Virus record (IMG/VR): IMGVR_UViG_3300032312_002284 | Span: 1 to 64,000 of that record | Reading direction: 5' to 3' (one strand) | Source: a virus | Taxonomy: Duplodnaviria; Caudoviricetes | DNA length: 64,000 bases | Part shown: one piece after another, positions 1 to 10,768 of the stretch | Numbering within the stretch: the stretch's first letter is position 1 | Layout: each line of letters begins with the position of its first letter | Translations under genes and position numbers: made by a program | The notes under the pieces: generated by a model | Told to the model about the DNA's origin: nothing | What the model saw: only the letters and a program-made list of their open reading frames with translations | Databases searched by the model: none

Positions 1-228
1 GGTGAAAAGAATATAGTTGAAGGTATTGAAACTGGGTTTATTTGTGTTGGACAGAATTGGAATGGTGAAAATGTAACAGAAACCCAAATGGAAGTTCATA
101 AATTCTATGGATTTAAACCAAATAAAAAACTATATTGGAATTGGCAATATACGACAGATGTTAATGACGAAAGTAAATCTTCTTACAAAAAGTCCCACAA
201 AAAATTCATTGATGATATGGGACTATGA
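1..228 (+). CDS. Partial hypothetical protein (C-terminal end; runs off the window start)
   Basis: Frame 1 is open from base 1 (GEKNIVEGIETGFICVGQNWNGE...KKFIDDMGL) to TGA at 226-228; not in the ORF track. Confidence 0.6.
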   Translation, partial: GEKNIVEGIETGFICVGQNWNGENVTETQMEVHKFYGFKPNKKLYWNWQYTTDVNDESKSSYKKSHKKFIDDMGL

Positions 229-400
229 GGTAGGTTATTATAGGTACACCTCAAAAGAAAAACCAATTGTGGATTGTTTAAATTATTATCCAATTAACGA
301 TTTTATAACAGAATATTTGTTAAAACAAAAATTTGTAGAATTTGAATACGAAAACAACAGTCCAAAAACTATTAATGGTAAAATTATTGTTTTGATTTGA
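212..400 (+). CDS. Small hypothetical protein
   Basis: 3' part of track ORF 107..400; the ATG at 212 (MIWDYEVGYY...) avoids a long overlap with the upstream ORF; followed by a terminator. Confidence 0.45.
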   Translation: MIWDYEVGYYRYTSKEKPIVDCLNYYPINDFITEYLLKQKFVEFEYENNSPKTINGKIIVLI

Positions 401-423
401 CCCAATACACATTGGGATTTTTT
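401..423 (+). terminator. Intrinsic terminator
   Basis: CCCAAT-acac-ATTGGG hairpin followed by a T-tract. Confidence 0.7.
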
Positions 424-449
424 ATTTTATTTAAAATTTTACAACATTA

Positions 450-456
450 TATTTAT
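450..456 (+). promoter_or_regulatory. TATTTAT motif, putative late promoter of the baseplate operon
   Basis: 5 nt before the ATG at 462; the same motif precedes many structural genes (see findings). Confidence 0.55.
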
Positions 457-461
457 GTAAT

Positions 462-923
462 ATGCCAAGCCCAATAACATACGGTATTAATTTTCCATTT
501 AGAGATTCTCCATATGGGTTCTATTTAGATTTGTCAGAAACTTCTGATGAGGAAATTAGAAGTAGTTTAATCCATTTAATTTTAACTAGAAAAGGTTCAA
601 GGTATTTTTTACCTGAATTTGGTACAAGAATTTATGAATACATTTTTAATCCATTAGATGGACTTTCTTTTGGGGACATTGAAGCAGATATCAGAACTGC
701 TTGTGAAACTTACATGCCAAATTTATTAATCACGTCTGTTAAGGTTTATGCTGCGACAGATGAAGAATTTGATAAAGTTGTACTTAGTAATGGGGCAGTT
801 ATTAACAATACGTATAATGTACCTGGACAAGGGGTTAGAGACTATACTGCAAAAGTTAGGATTGATTATAAAATAAAAAATAATACTTTTGCAAGTAGTG
901 ATTTTATTATAATTAATATTTAA
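462..923 (+). CDS. Baseplate wedge subunit, T4 gp25 / GPW-like
   Basis: GINFPF...EEIRSSLIHLILTRKGSRYFLPEFGTRIYEYIFNP matches the GPW/gp25 pattern (LxTxxGER...PxFG...lF.P); typical size. Confidence 0.9.
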   Translation: MPSPITYGINFPFRDSPYGFYLDLSETSDEEIRSSLIHLILTRKGSRYFLPEFGTRIYEYIFNPLDGLSFGDIEADIRTACETYMPNLLITSVKVYAATDEEFDKVVLSNGAVINNTYNVPGQGVRDYTAKVRIDYKIKNNTFASSDFIIINI

Positions 924-930
924 TAGAAAT

Positions 931-2769
931 ATGGCAAACAAAAAAATATCATATACAGTAAAAGATTTTGAAGCAATAAGAACTGAGCTCATCAACTTTA
1001 CAAAAACTTATTATCCGACAGTAGTTCAAAATTTCAATGACGCTTCAATTTTCTCAGTTATGATGGATTTGAATGCCGCTGTAACTGATAACCTTTATTA
1101 TAATATTGATAGAAGTATACAAGAAACTGTATTACAGTACGCTCAACAAAGGTCTTCTATTTATAATATTGCAAGAACTTATGGTTTAAAAATACCTAAT
1201 GTTAGACCATCAGTTGCAATACTTGATATTAGTATTACTGTACCTGCATTAGGTGACCAAGAAGATTTAAGATACTGTGGATTTTTAAGAAGAGGAGCTC
1301 AGTTTATTGGTGGTGGTCAAGTTTTTGAAACTGTGGACGATGTTGATTTTTCATCACCATTTAATTCATTAGGTAATCCTAATAGATTAAAAATACCAAA
1401 TTTTGACAATAATAATAATTTAATAAATTATACCATTACCAAAAGAGAAACTGTTGTTAATGGAACAACTAAAGTTTTTAGACGTTCAATTAACGCTCAA
1501 GACGCTAGACCTTTTTTAGAGGTATTTTTACCTGAACAAAATGTTTTGTCAATTACAAGTGTGATTTTAAAAGATGGTACAAATTATAATGGTATACCTT
1601 CTTACGATGATTTTTTAACTCCTGTAAATAAATGGTATGAGGTAAATTCTTTGGCTGAAGACAGGGTATTCATTGAAGACCCAACTAAAGTTTCTGACAA
1701 ACCTGGTGTTAAAGTTGGAAGATATATAACAACTAATACAAGATTTGTTTCGGAATATACTCCATTAGGTTATTGTAAATTAACATTTGGTGGAGGTAAT
1801 ACTTCGGCGGATGATTTATTGAGAGATTTTGCGAGAAATGGAACTCCATTGGACCTATCAAGATACCAAAATAATTTTGGATTAGGGTCAACATTAAAAT
1901 CAAATTCAACACTATTCATACAATATAGAATTGGTGGAGGTTCAGGAAGTAATTTGGGTGTAAATGTTATTAATCAAATAGGTACAGTTACTTTTTTTGT
2001 GAATGGTCCTAGTCAAACAATCAATACAAATGTAGTTAATTCTTTGTCATGTAATAATGTGACCGCGGCAATTGGAGGGTCTGACGCACCAAGTATTGAA
2101 GAGGTTAGAAATTATGTTTCTTTTAATTTTGCGGCACAACAAAGAGCGGTTACAATTAATGACTATCAGTCTTTGATTAATACAATGCCATCTAAATTTG
2201 GAGCACCAGGTAAAGTTGCAATTGTTGAAGAGGAAAATAAAATTAAAATTAAAGTATTATCATATGATAGTACAGGAGCTTTAACTAGTTTGGTATCAAA
2301 TACGATACAACAAAATATTGCAAATTATTTATCAAATTATAGAATGTTAAATGATTATATTTCTGTAGAATCTGCTCAAGTAGTTGATTTATCATTTCAA
2401 ATCAGTGCGGTTTTAGATTCAAGTCAGAATCAAGGTAACGTTATCTCTTCTATAGTTGAGATTGTATCAACGTACATGAGTCCTGCTAATATTGAAATGG
2501 GTGAGAATGTATATGTTTCTGAAATAAAAAGACAAATACAAAGTCTAAATGGGGTTATAAGTGTTACTGAAGTTTTAGTGTTTAATAAAGTTGGTGGAGA
2601 ATACTCTTCAAATCAAACATCTATGAGTTACAGTAACTCAGCAACAAAACAAATCTCGTTAGTCGATGATACATTATTTGCGGAACCAAGCCAAATTTAT
2701 CAAGTAAGATTCCCAAATAGGGATATAACAGTACAAGTTAAAAACTTTAAAACTGTCAATTTCTCGTAA
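931..2769 (+). CDS. Baseplate wedge protein, T4 gp6 / baseplate J-like
   Basis: N-terminal DFEAIRTELINF, AQQRSSIYNIARTYG, GG(S)DAPSIEEVR, QQRAVTINDY; 612 aa; follows gp25. Confidence 0.88.
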   Translation: MANKKISYTVKDFEAIRTELINFTKTYYPTVVQNFNDASIFSVMMDLNAAVTDNLYYNIDRSIQETVLQYAQQRSSIYNIARTYGLKIPNVRPSVAILDISITVPALGDQEDLRYCGFLRRGAQFIGGGQVFETVDDVDFSSPFNSLGNPNRLKIPNFDNNNNLINYTITKRETVVNGTTKVFRRSINAQDARPFLEVFLPEQNVLSITSVILKDGTNYNGIPSYDDFLTPVNKWYEVNSLAEDRVFIEDPTKVSDKPGVKVGRYITTNTRFVSEYTPLGYCKLTFGGGNTSADDLLRDFARNGTPLDLSRYQNNFGLGSTLKSNSTLFIQYRIGGGSGSNLGVNVINQIGTVTFFVNGPSQTINTNVVNSLSCNNVTAAIGGSDAPSIEEVRNYVSFNFAAQQRAVTINDYQSLINTMPSKFGAPGKVAIVEEENKIKIKVLSYDSTGALTSLVSNTIQQNIANYLSNYRMLNDYISVESAQVVDLSFQISAVLDSSQNQGNVISSIVEIVSTYMSPANIEMGENVYVSEIKRQIQSLNGVISVTEVLVFNKVGGEYSSNQTSMSYSNSATKQISLVDDTLFAEPSQIYQVRFPNRDITVQVKNFKTVNFS

Positions 2770-2800
2770 TTTATTTATTTTTTTAAAATAGTTCATAAAC

Positions 2801-2807
2801 TATTTAT
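2801..2807 (+). promoter_or_regulatory. TATTTAT motif, putative late promoter
   Basis: 12 nt before the ATG at 2820. Confidence 0.45.
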
Positions 2808-2819
2808 TAAAAAAATAAC

Positions 2820-5800
2820 ATGAATTCGTCATATAGAGTAAGAACGCAGGTCGGTGTAGATAAATCAGTTCAAGTTGATTTACAACAAGATTTTGAAACT
2901 TTAGAAATTTTGTCTCTTAAACTGTACCAAAGAGATATCTACACTAGAGTCTGTTCGGACTATGGAGTTATTTGCGGTAGGGTTTTTGCTAATAATGGGT
3001 TTGGGGTACCAAATGTAAAAATTTCATTATTTATTCCTTTAAGTGATGAAGATTCAAGAAATCCTGAAATTGCAAATATATACCCATTTAGTAATATTTC
3101 TAATTTAGATGTTAATGGTTACAGGTATAATTTATTACCTAAAGAAGAATCACATTCAGGTCATGTCCCAACGGGAAGTTTCCCAACAAGAGAAGAAATT
3201 TTAAAAGAAAAAAATTATTCTGAGGTATATGATAAGTATTATAAATTTACTGTAAAAACTAATGATTCTGGTGATTACATGATTTTTGGAGTCCCTGTTG
3301 GGTCGTTCACAATATTTTTAGATTTAGATTTAAGTGACATTGGGCAATTCTCACTAAACCCACAAGATTTAATAAGAATTGGATTGGCGACTGAAGGACA
3401 AGTTTCCGGAGTTAAATTTAATGCGTCAACTAACTTAAATAGTTTACCTCAAATTATAAGTTTAACAAAACAAGTTGAAGTGTTACCTTTATGGGGTAAT
3501 CAGGAAATTTGTCAACCATCTATTACAAGAACAGACTTTGATTTAACTGCTGAGGCAAATATTGACCTGACGCCTACTGCGGTATTCATGGGTTCAATTA
3601 TGAGTACTATTGAAGAAGCGAAAATTGATAATAATTGTAAGATAGATAAAAAAGTTGGAGATTTTTGTAGTTTAGTAACAGGACCTGGACAAATCTTAGC
3701 AATAAGACAAACAATCAATTATGACACTGATATAAATTCTCAAACATTTGGTTTTCCTCAGTTAGAAAAATATAATTTACAAAATGATGGGTATGTCATA
3801 GATGAAAACGGAGCTTGGTTACTTGAAGTACCAATGAACTTAGATTATATCTATACAAATGAATTTGGGGAACAAGTAATATCTACTGACCCAACAATTG
3901 GGGTACCAACTAAAGGGAAATATCGTTTTAAAGTAAAATGGAATCAATCACCTTCATTATCTGAACAAACAAGAAGAGCGTATTTTTTAGTACCTAATGT
4001 TAAAGAATGGGGGTGGGGGGAACCTGGAAATACGTATAACGATGATGAGAACCCAGCATTTTATCCTGAGTATTCTACCAACGACAATTATTTAAGATAC
4101 CAACAGTCATATGCATTCAGTTTAGATTGGTACGATTACGGAGACCCTACGACATCTGAGGGGTTAGGAATGATACAAGATGCAATTAATTGTGAAGATA
4201 GATTTTATTTGTTTGAATTTAAAAAAGTTTATACTGTTTCACAATTAATGGATAAATACAAAAATGGTAATAAACTAAGATTTATAGGTATAAAAAATAT
4301 TCTTAATGATGACTGTAGTGCTGAAAATAACAAATATCCTGTAAATGATGCGTACAGAGGTAGTAATATAATGTTTTTATTATTTAGGTATATTTTATCT
4401 GTAATGAAACTTTTATTATTTCCACTAGTTGTTGTAATGCATGCAATTTCATTAGTTTTGTATATTGTAAACTTTATATTACAAATAATTGTTTGGTTAA
4501 TTTACGCACCAATTTATTACTTTATTGCCGCGGTTGTTGCGGTAGTTAATTTCTTAGCACCTGGAGCTCCGTTAAATAATCCATTAAAAAAGACTCCTGC
4601 TGAACTATCAAGAATTATTTGGGATAAATTAAGAATAAAAAAAATACCATTACCATTATTATTACAATCTGAAAATGAATGTACTTTTTGTGAATGTAAA
4701 GAAGGTGAAGACTCACAAGAATATACAAACTCAGCGGCCGGAACACTTCTTTCTGAATTAGGAAACAGTTGTCATTTCCCATTAAATGATGGAGGGGCAG
4801 TAACCCCGACACTTGACATACCTGGAGAACAACAACAAAATTTCCCACAGGTAATTGCGGGTTTACCAAATTCAGGTGGAAATTGTAGTGCTAGAATCCC
4901 AACTTCGGCATATAACTCACCGTGGGCAACAGGAGGTTTAACTTATGACGATGAAAGAGAATTTTTATTTTCAAACAATTTAACGTTTGCCGAGAGAATA
5001 AATTTATCTAATACAAAACAAAAATATTTTAGGGAATCTACAGCAATTAGAACATATGTTGAACCTGATTTAAACGGTAATCAATTCCACACTGATAATG
5101 TATTGGTTACACTAATACAGGGGTGTGATGACATTTATCAGCCAGGCGCTTTAATTACATTCCAAGACCCAAGTTTATCTACCGACCCTAATTTTGAATT
5201 AGGTATTAATGAAACTGCTGATGGATTATATCAGATATCAGGAACCTCAACATCTGCAACGTCGATAACTGTAAGTTATTGTACTTTAGATAATAATACT
5301 TTAACAGGTACTAAAGTTTATAATTTACCACTTAAAGACTCTGACGAATACTTAACATTTGCTAGGTATCGATTTGATATGGAATATTTCCAAGTTGTAA
5401 CCGCAATTACGTATTCTCAGTTTATTTCTTTAGGTAATGGTTCTGCCAGTGATTTAAGTTCTCATGGAACTTTTTATCATAGAATATTTAAAACTCCAAT
5501 GTCGGTAATGTTTGCTAAAGACACTTCGGGTAATCAATCTCAATTTGAAGCCGAATTTAAAGGGACAGTTTTTTGTAATGAAAGTTCATTTTCTGAATTA
5601 GCAAATTCAAAAATAGTGATAATGGTTAGAGGTGTAGACCCCTACTCTCCAAAATATAAAATTAAATACGATATAAGTCGTATATTAAATAGAGGTTATG
5701 GACAAGTTGTAGTGGGAGGAGGTGAAGATGTAATGTTTAAATTAAACATACCTGTACAACCAGGAGGAACCTCTACAGGTAATAAAAAAAGGTCAGTACG

Positions 5801-8204
5801 ACACAATCAAATTGTTAATAATAATTCAGCTGACCAATTCGGAGGAAGAATGTTTTTCCCGTCATGGTTTTTCCAACCTGGAACTGAGTTCCAACCATTT
5901 CAGACTGAATTAACTAAATATTATGGTAGTATGGATGCGAGTTTAATTAACGCATTTAATGTGATACCATGGGAAACATCGTCTACAAATTTAAATTCAC
6001 AACAGGTAATTCAAAATTCAGAAGGTTATCTTCTTGTGAAAATGCAAGGTCAAACATTACAATGTGAAGAAGATATGCAGGCAAGTACTGGATATGGATG
6101 TAATGCTTTTACTGCTCACTATGAATGGGAAGGTGATGATAAATGGGGATTTCCACCACAACCTAACGATAATGCACTTGTTAATGGTGTAGGTGAAAAT
6201 GGAGGGGCTACTTGGGGTGGGTCCGCATATATGTTACACTATTCTAGTGGTGATTTAATGGGCGATTCGGTTGATGGATGTTCTTTTATGTATATGCATT
6301 TTGGTGGAGATAATAATGAATGGAAGAAAAGTAGGTCAGTTTATTACTCACCATCTTATTTAAATGGTACACCTCCTGGAACCTATGGTAATTTTGGTAA
6401 AACTTTAATAGATAATCCTACAAATATTGTTTTTCGTTCAGACAGACTACCAACGTCTACTACCACCACTACCGCTCAACGTAACCATTTTTTATTTTTC
6501 CAAAATAGAAATTTCTCAGCATTTAGGATTTCTGATACAGGTGAAGTGTACGCTTCCTCAAGTAGTGTTGATGGTATTGAATTAGAAAACGTTTTATTTT
6601 CTGACGGTTCTACTTTAGGGTCGTTGAATGACCAAGTAGTTGCAAGTTTTAGCGAATGTGCAAGTGCGGTACCTTTGAAATGTTATAACATTACTAATGA
6701 TGGAGTTGTTGTAATTGATGATTTTCCTGACTGTACCACAGGACCATTAGGAATACCTTATTTTCAAAATGGTAAAGGATGTTATTCATTAGTTACTATA
6801 CCTATTATTGGTATTCCTTGGGATTTTTTCAGGATTAATGAATGGTATAAGAGAACAATAACAAGTTTGTTTTTATGTATGGAAGGTATTCAGTATCATT
6901 TCTTTAATAATTGGGTTAGTGGTAACCTATTTATGCCAACATTTTATAGTATTACTGAATTAAATGACGACGGGTTTCCTATCAGAAAATATTGTGAAGA
7001 TATTATTGTCTTTCATGAAGACTCAAAAAATTATTATTATAGAAGTAGTCCATATAGATACGGATATGGTTTTATAGGTGGCAGGACTCGACAAAGAAAT
7101 GAAATTGCGGGATTAAATAATTATGTAAGGGGGAACTATAGGAATTTAAAAACACCAACAACAATAATAAATTTAGGACCAATAACTAATTACACTCAAG
7201 AATTAGTTCAAGGTGTTGGATATTCAGGGTATATTGCAAATACATTAACACCATCAAGTTTTAGAGATATTACAGATATTGTTAATTTTTTTGTTGCATC
7301 AAGACAAATTGAAACTGCGTATGAACAGGCCGTAAACACATTTGTTGCGATAAGTTTGGCTTTAGTAAATCCTTCAGTACTTTTATTAGTTGGTGGAGGA
7401 GACCCCACCAAAAACTTTTTTGGAGATAGAAACTCAAGAGAGCCGGATAAAATAAATGCTGATTTAGCACAAATGATTTCAATTAATTCGGAATATGGTG
7501 TTAAACCTTTTAATCCTGCAGGATACCCTTCGGCAAACTCGATAAGAATAATACCAATATATAATCTCTTTGATATTAATGTATTGTTAACTGCATTGGC
7601 GTCAGGAGGTGTTGCGGCACTCTTAACACCGGCAAAATTCACGATAGGTATTTTCTTCCAAAGTGATAATGGTAAGAGAGATGCAATTAGTCCAAAAAGA
7701 ATTATATGGAATCAAAACGCTCAATTACCATTCCAACCAAATGATGTTACATTATATACTCAAGTAAGTCAATCTGTACCATTTTATCAATGGCAGACTG
7801 ATTATATGACAAGAGCCGAATTTATAGAATTACCGTTAGGGATTAATATTCCATATCCTTTGTTAGGACAAGAAGTTATTTTTGGCTCACATAAGAATGA
7901 TTGGTACACAGAACCAATAAATAGTAATACCACTACATTCTTCCAAAGAAATATACAGTACTTAGACAGGACCGAAAATACCTCAAGATATTTTATGGCG
8001 GAATCTAATCAAGCAAAATACATGAAAGGGTTTATTTATAATGTAGATAGTGATGGTAATTTAAGAGAAGATTTAGGTAATATAACTGAAGACAAATATA
8101 CAGTTGGTTCACCTTATCATTTTTATTTTGGATTAAAAAAAGGTAGAACTGCCGTAGATTTATTCTACATAAAATATGTTGATAGTGAAATTGTAATTGA
8201 ATAA
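2820..8204 (+). CDS. Large virion/baseplate-associated protein (1794 aa) with long hydrophobic segments
   Basis: Long ORF inside the baseplate operon; N-terminal beta-sandwich-like motif (ICGRVFANNGFGVPNVKISLF); a ~65-aa hydrophobic stretch at about 4371-4566 and further hydrophobic patches near the C-terminus. Confidence 0.6.
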   Translation: MNSSYRVRTQVGVDKSVQVDLQQDFETLEILSLKLYQRDIYTRVCSDYGVICGRVFANNGFGVPNVKISLFIPLSDEDSRNPEIANIYPFSNISNLDVNGYRYNLLPKEESHSGHVPTGSFPTREEILKEKNYSEVYDKYYKFTVKTNDSGDYMIFGVPVGSFTIFLDLDLSDIGQFSLNPQDLIRIGLATEGQVSGVKFNASTNLNSLPQIISLTKQVEVLPLWGNQEICQPSITRTDFDLTAEANIDLTPTAVFMGSIMSTIEEAKIDNNCKIDKKVGDFCSLVTGPGQILAIRQTINYDTDINSQTFGFPQLEKYNLQNDGYVIDENGAWLLEVPMNLDYIYTNEFGEQVISTDPTIGVPTKGKYRFKVKWNQSPSLSEQTRRAYFLVPNVKEWGWGEPGNTYNDDENPAFYPEYSTNDNYLRYQQSYAFSLDWYDYGDPTTSEGLGMIQDAINCEDRFYLFEFKKVYTVSQLMDKYKNGNKLRFIGIKNILNDDCSAENNKYPVNDAYRGSNIMFLLFRYILSVMKLLLFPLVVVMHAISLVLYIVNFILQIIVWLIYAPIYYFIAAVVAVVNFLAPGAPLNNPLKKTPAELSRIIWDKLRIKKIPLPLLLQSENECTFCECKEGEDSQEYTNSAAGTLLSELGNSCHFPLNDGGAVTPTLDIPGEQQQNFPQVIAGLPNSGGNCSARIPTSAYNSPWATGGLTYDDEREFLFSNNLTFAERINLSNTKQKYFRESTAIRTYVEPDLNGNQFHTDNVLVTLIQGCDDIYQPGALITFQDPSLSTDPNFELGINETADGLYQISGTSTSATSITVSYCTLDNNTLTGTKVYNLPLKDSDEYLTFARYRFDMEYFQVVTAITYSQFISLGNGSASDLSSHGTFYHRIFKTPMSVMFAKDTSGNQSQFEAEFKGTVFCNESSFSELANSKIVIMVRGVDPYSPKYKIKYDISRILNRGYGQVVVGGGEDVMFKLNIPVQPGGTSTGNKKRSVRHNQIVNNNSADQFGGRMFFPSWFFQPGTEFQPFQTELTKYYGSMDASLINAFNVIPWETSSTNLNSQQVIQNSEGYLLVKMQGQTLQCEEDMQASTGYGCNAFTAHYEWEGDDKWGFPPQPNDNALVNGVGENGGATWGGSAYMLHYSSGDLMGDSVDGCSFMYMHFGGDNNEWKKSRSVYYSPSYLNGTPPGTYGNFGKTLIDNPTNIVFRSDRLPTSTTTTTAQRNHFLFFQNRNFSAFRISDTGEVYASSSSVDGIELENVLFSDGSTLGSLNDQVVASFSECASAVPLKCYNITNDGVVVIDDFPDCTTGPLGIPYFQNGKGCYSLVTIPIIGIPWDFFRINEWYKRTITSLFLCMEGIQYHFFNNWVSGNLFMPTFYSITELNDDGFPIRKYCEDIIVFHEDSKNYYYRSSPYRYGYGFIGGRTRQRNEIAGLNNYVRGNYRNLKTPTTIINLGPITNYTQELVQGVGYSGYIANTLTPSSFRDITDIVNFFVASRQIETAYEQAVNTFVAISLALVNPSVLLLVGGGDPTKNFFGDRNSREPDKINADLAQMISINSEYGVKPFNPAGYPSANSIRIIPIYNLFDINVLLTALASGGVAALLTPAKFTIGIFFQSDNGKRDAISPKRIIWNQNAQLPFQPNDVTLYTQVSQSVPFYQWQTDYMTRAEFIELPLGINIPYPLLGQEVIFGSHKNDWYTEPINSNTTTFFQRNIQYLDRTENTSRYFMAESNQAKYMKGFIYNVDSDGNLREDLGNITEDKYTVGSPYHFYFGLKKGRTAVDLFYIKYVDSEIVIE

Positions 8205-9984
8205 CGATAATAAAATATCTATTGTCCTACCTACTGAAAGGTTTCAGGGGGCTCCTGAATTGGATAGTTATGTTGACATAAGTCTGCAATCTAAACAAAA
8301 AGAAATTATTGAGTATGACAGGAATTATAATCTTTTCTTAAATGATGTTTTTGATAAAGAGAGACAAGAGTCTACTAATTTTAATCTATCTTCAAAACTA
8401 TCCGTAATTTTTCAAAATACGTATACTGGTAAGACTAACTATACTCAATTTAGAAATAATCTTTATTATGTTAATGAAAAATATTACCAGCAATTGAGTT
8501 TCCAACCTAACTATGATGGATATTGGGGAGGGTACCCTGAGTTTAAAGAATTTGATTTAACGAGAAATGATTATAATGTAAGTGGTTATACTACATTTGG
8601 TACCCCTCACTTATCATTTCCCCAAAATAAAGCTGACATTTTAAATTGGTCTTTTTATATTTCTTATCCATATCAAAATAATTACACTAAGATTCTATCA
8701 AATTATAATAGTTATTATACTAATTGGGTTGTTGGAGATGGAATCCCATTTAAAACTTACTACTCACAAATTAATGGTGAAAATTTAATAACCTTTGAGT
8801 GTTTTGTCAAACATGGACTATCAGTTGGAGAAAATGTTCAACTATCGGTATCGTATACTAACCCATCAAATAATACTGTTACTAATATATTTGAAGTTTA
8901 TTTTTTAGGTAATGAAACAGTTGGGTCTGAGGAATATTATTTCTCAATTCAAAATATAGGATATCTAAATGGATTCTTAAATGCTGATACTATTGGTACG
9001 TTTAAAAGAGTTATTGACCCTGATAATTTAACTGAAACTACCTCAAAATATTATATTAGAGAACATATCATTTTAAATGATTATGAAAATTTAGTAATAA
9101 CTCCGGCAGGATTTGAAAGACAAATATTTTCTGATAATGGTAAATTTTTCCCAGCTGCTTTAACTACAAATAATTTAAATAAAGTGGCATTTAAAGAAGG
9201 TACCACAGTTTATAATTTGACAAATAAATTTAAAATTGATATTAATGGGATAAAAGATAATCAAAATAGACCATTAACTGAGTTATATTATACAATAATA
9301 AATAAAGGTTCGTTTGGGTGGTTTAATGAACCAGTTAATCAGGGTAATACTTCTCTTAAACAAGGATGGGAATTTAATATTGACTATGAAAATTTATCAC
9401 CCTATTGGAGAAGAAACCCAAATAATAGTAATTCCGACACTTCAATAACTGTTTCAAGTTATCAAAAAATTGATAACGGGAACACTTTTACATTTTATTA
9501 TAATGATAATCTAAATGTTGGTGATTTTTTAGATGGAGCGTTTTGTGAATGGAATGATTTCGAACAAAAAGAAAGAGAAATTTCTGAAATTTATCACAAA
9601 TTTGTTTTAAATCGAAACATTTTAATAGATGATAACGCAACAATTGCATCACAAATTAATCCAAAAGGTTATTATTATAAACCACATTATAAATTCACTC
9701 TTAGAGTTTTTTCTGATTATATTGAAACTGCTCCAATAACTGAAAATGTTGTTGATATTCCTAATTACGCGTTTTATTCGCAATCAGAACAAGAATATCG
9801 TTGGAGGGATTTGTATCCTTATGGGTATATTGATTCCAATAATGTTGGGGTTGATAATCCGTTTACAAATAATAGTCATTATGTACACAATAATTTTATA
9901 TTTAAAATTTTACCTGAGGGGTCAAATGTTGCGAACAATAACATAAACTTTATTAATCAACCAATATCTGATGACTGTGAATAA
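8197..9984 (+). CDS. Hypothetical structural protein (595 aa)
   Basis: Overlaps both neighbours in the operon; aromatic/Asn-rich. Confidence 0.6.
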   Translation: MNNDNKISIVLPTERFQGAPELDSYVDISLQSKQKEIIEYDRNYNLFLNDVFDKERQESTNFNLSSKLSVIFQNTYTGKTNYTQFRNNLYYVNEKYYQQLSFQPNYDGYWGGYPEFKEFDLTRNDYNVSGYTTFGTPHLSFPQNKADILNWSFYISYPYQNNYTKILSNYNSYYTNWVVGDGIPFKTYYSQINGENLITFECFVKHGLSVGENVQLSVSYTNPSNNTVTNIFEVYFLGNETVGSEEYYFSIQNIGYLNGFLNADTIGTFKRVIDPDNLTETTSKYYIREHIILNDYENLVITPAGFERQIFSDNGKFFPAALTTNNLNKVAFKEGTTVYNLTNKFKIDINGIKDNQNRPLTELYYTIINKGSFGWFNEPVNQGNTSLKQGWEFNIDYENLSPYWRRNPNNSNSDTSITVSSYQKIDNGNTFTFYYNDNLNVGDFLDGAFCEWNDFEQKEREISEIYHKFVLNRNILIDDNATIASQINPKGYYYKPHYKFTLRVFSDYIETAPITENVVDIPNYAFYSQSEQEYRWRDLYPYGYIDSNNVGVDNPFTNNSHYVHNNFIFKILPEGSNVANNNINFINQPISDDCE

Positions 9985-10768
9985 TTTTAAAATAAAACAA
10001 AATACAAACAATGAATATAAAATAGTATTTCCTGTTGAGACGGATAATACTTATTTAGGTTTAGATATGGGTGTTGAGGTCATTCAAAATGAGGTGGTTA
10101 ACGAAATAATTGGAACTCCTAAGAATTATGAAATTACAAGGTTTGAACCTAAACCAATTTCCCCATTTGGTTTTTACTCGGGGTCCAGTCTTAATTTTAA
10201 ATTTAATTTTTATAGCGGACCATTAAATGGATGGGTATTAAGTTACTCTCCAGTATTTGAATACCAACAAATTTATTACAATACAAATTCATTTTCAAAT
10301 TCTTTTTACAAGTTAGATTTTTATGACTCTCGTGAAAAAAAGAACCAAAAAATAGTTTTCACAGTAATAATACCTACACAACAAGGTGAAATAGTTTCAG
10401 AACAGATATTTCCAAGTTGGTATGCTAATAATGGGTTTGTTAATTTAAAGACACCATATCTAAAATTAGATTATTTAAAAGATAAAGAAGGTTATTTTAT
10501 TTATTTTTTATCAGACCCAAAACTATTAAATATTAATGAATTTTATACTAGTTTTAAATTTTTTGATGGTACTAAAGGAAATTTTAAAAGTTTTTTAACA
10601 ATTAACCCGTCAACATTTACTAATAATAATTTTAATCCTGATGAGTATTCTTTTTTAAAAGTTGTGTTAAACTATTCAGATTATACATACCAATACATAG
10701 ATAATAATAATAACCCAATAGGTAGTAACACAATACCAATAAATCTTTATGAATATGTTAACCCATAA
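9971..10768 (+). CDS. Hypothetical structural protein (265 aa)
   Basis: Translationally coupled ORF in the baseplate operon. Confidence 0.6.
   Translation: MTVNNFKIKQNTNNEYKIVFPVETDNTYLGLDMGVEVIQNEVVNEIIGTPKNYEITRFEPKPISPFGFYSGSSLNFKFNFYSGPLNGWVLSYSPVFEYQQIYYNTNSFSNSFYKLDFYDSREKKNQKIVFTVIIPTQQGEIVSEQIFPSWYANNGFVNLKTPYLKLDYLKDKEGYFIYFLSDPKLLNINEFYTSFKFFDGTKGNFKSFLTINPSTFTNNNFNPDEYSFLKVVLNYSDYTYQYIDNNNNPIGSNTIPINLYEYVNP

Noticed and set aside
107-211. 5' part of track ORF 107..400
   Set aside because: Overlaps the frame-1 ORF ending at 228; the ATG at 212 is more plausible
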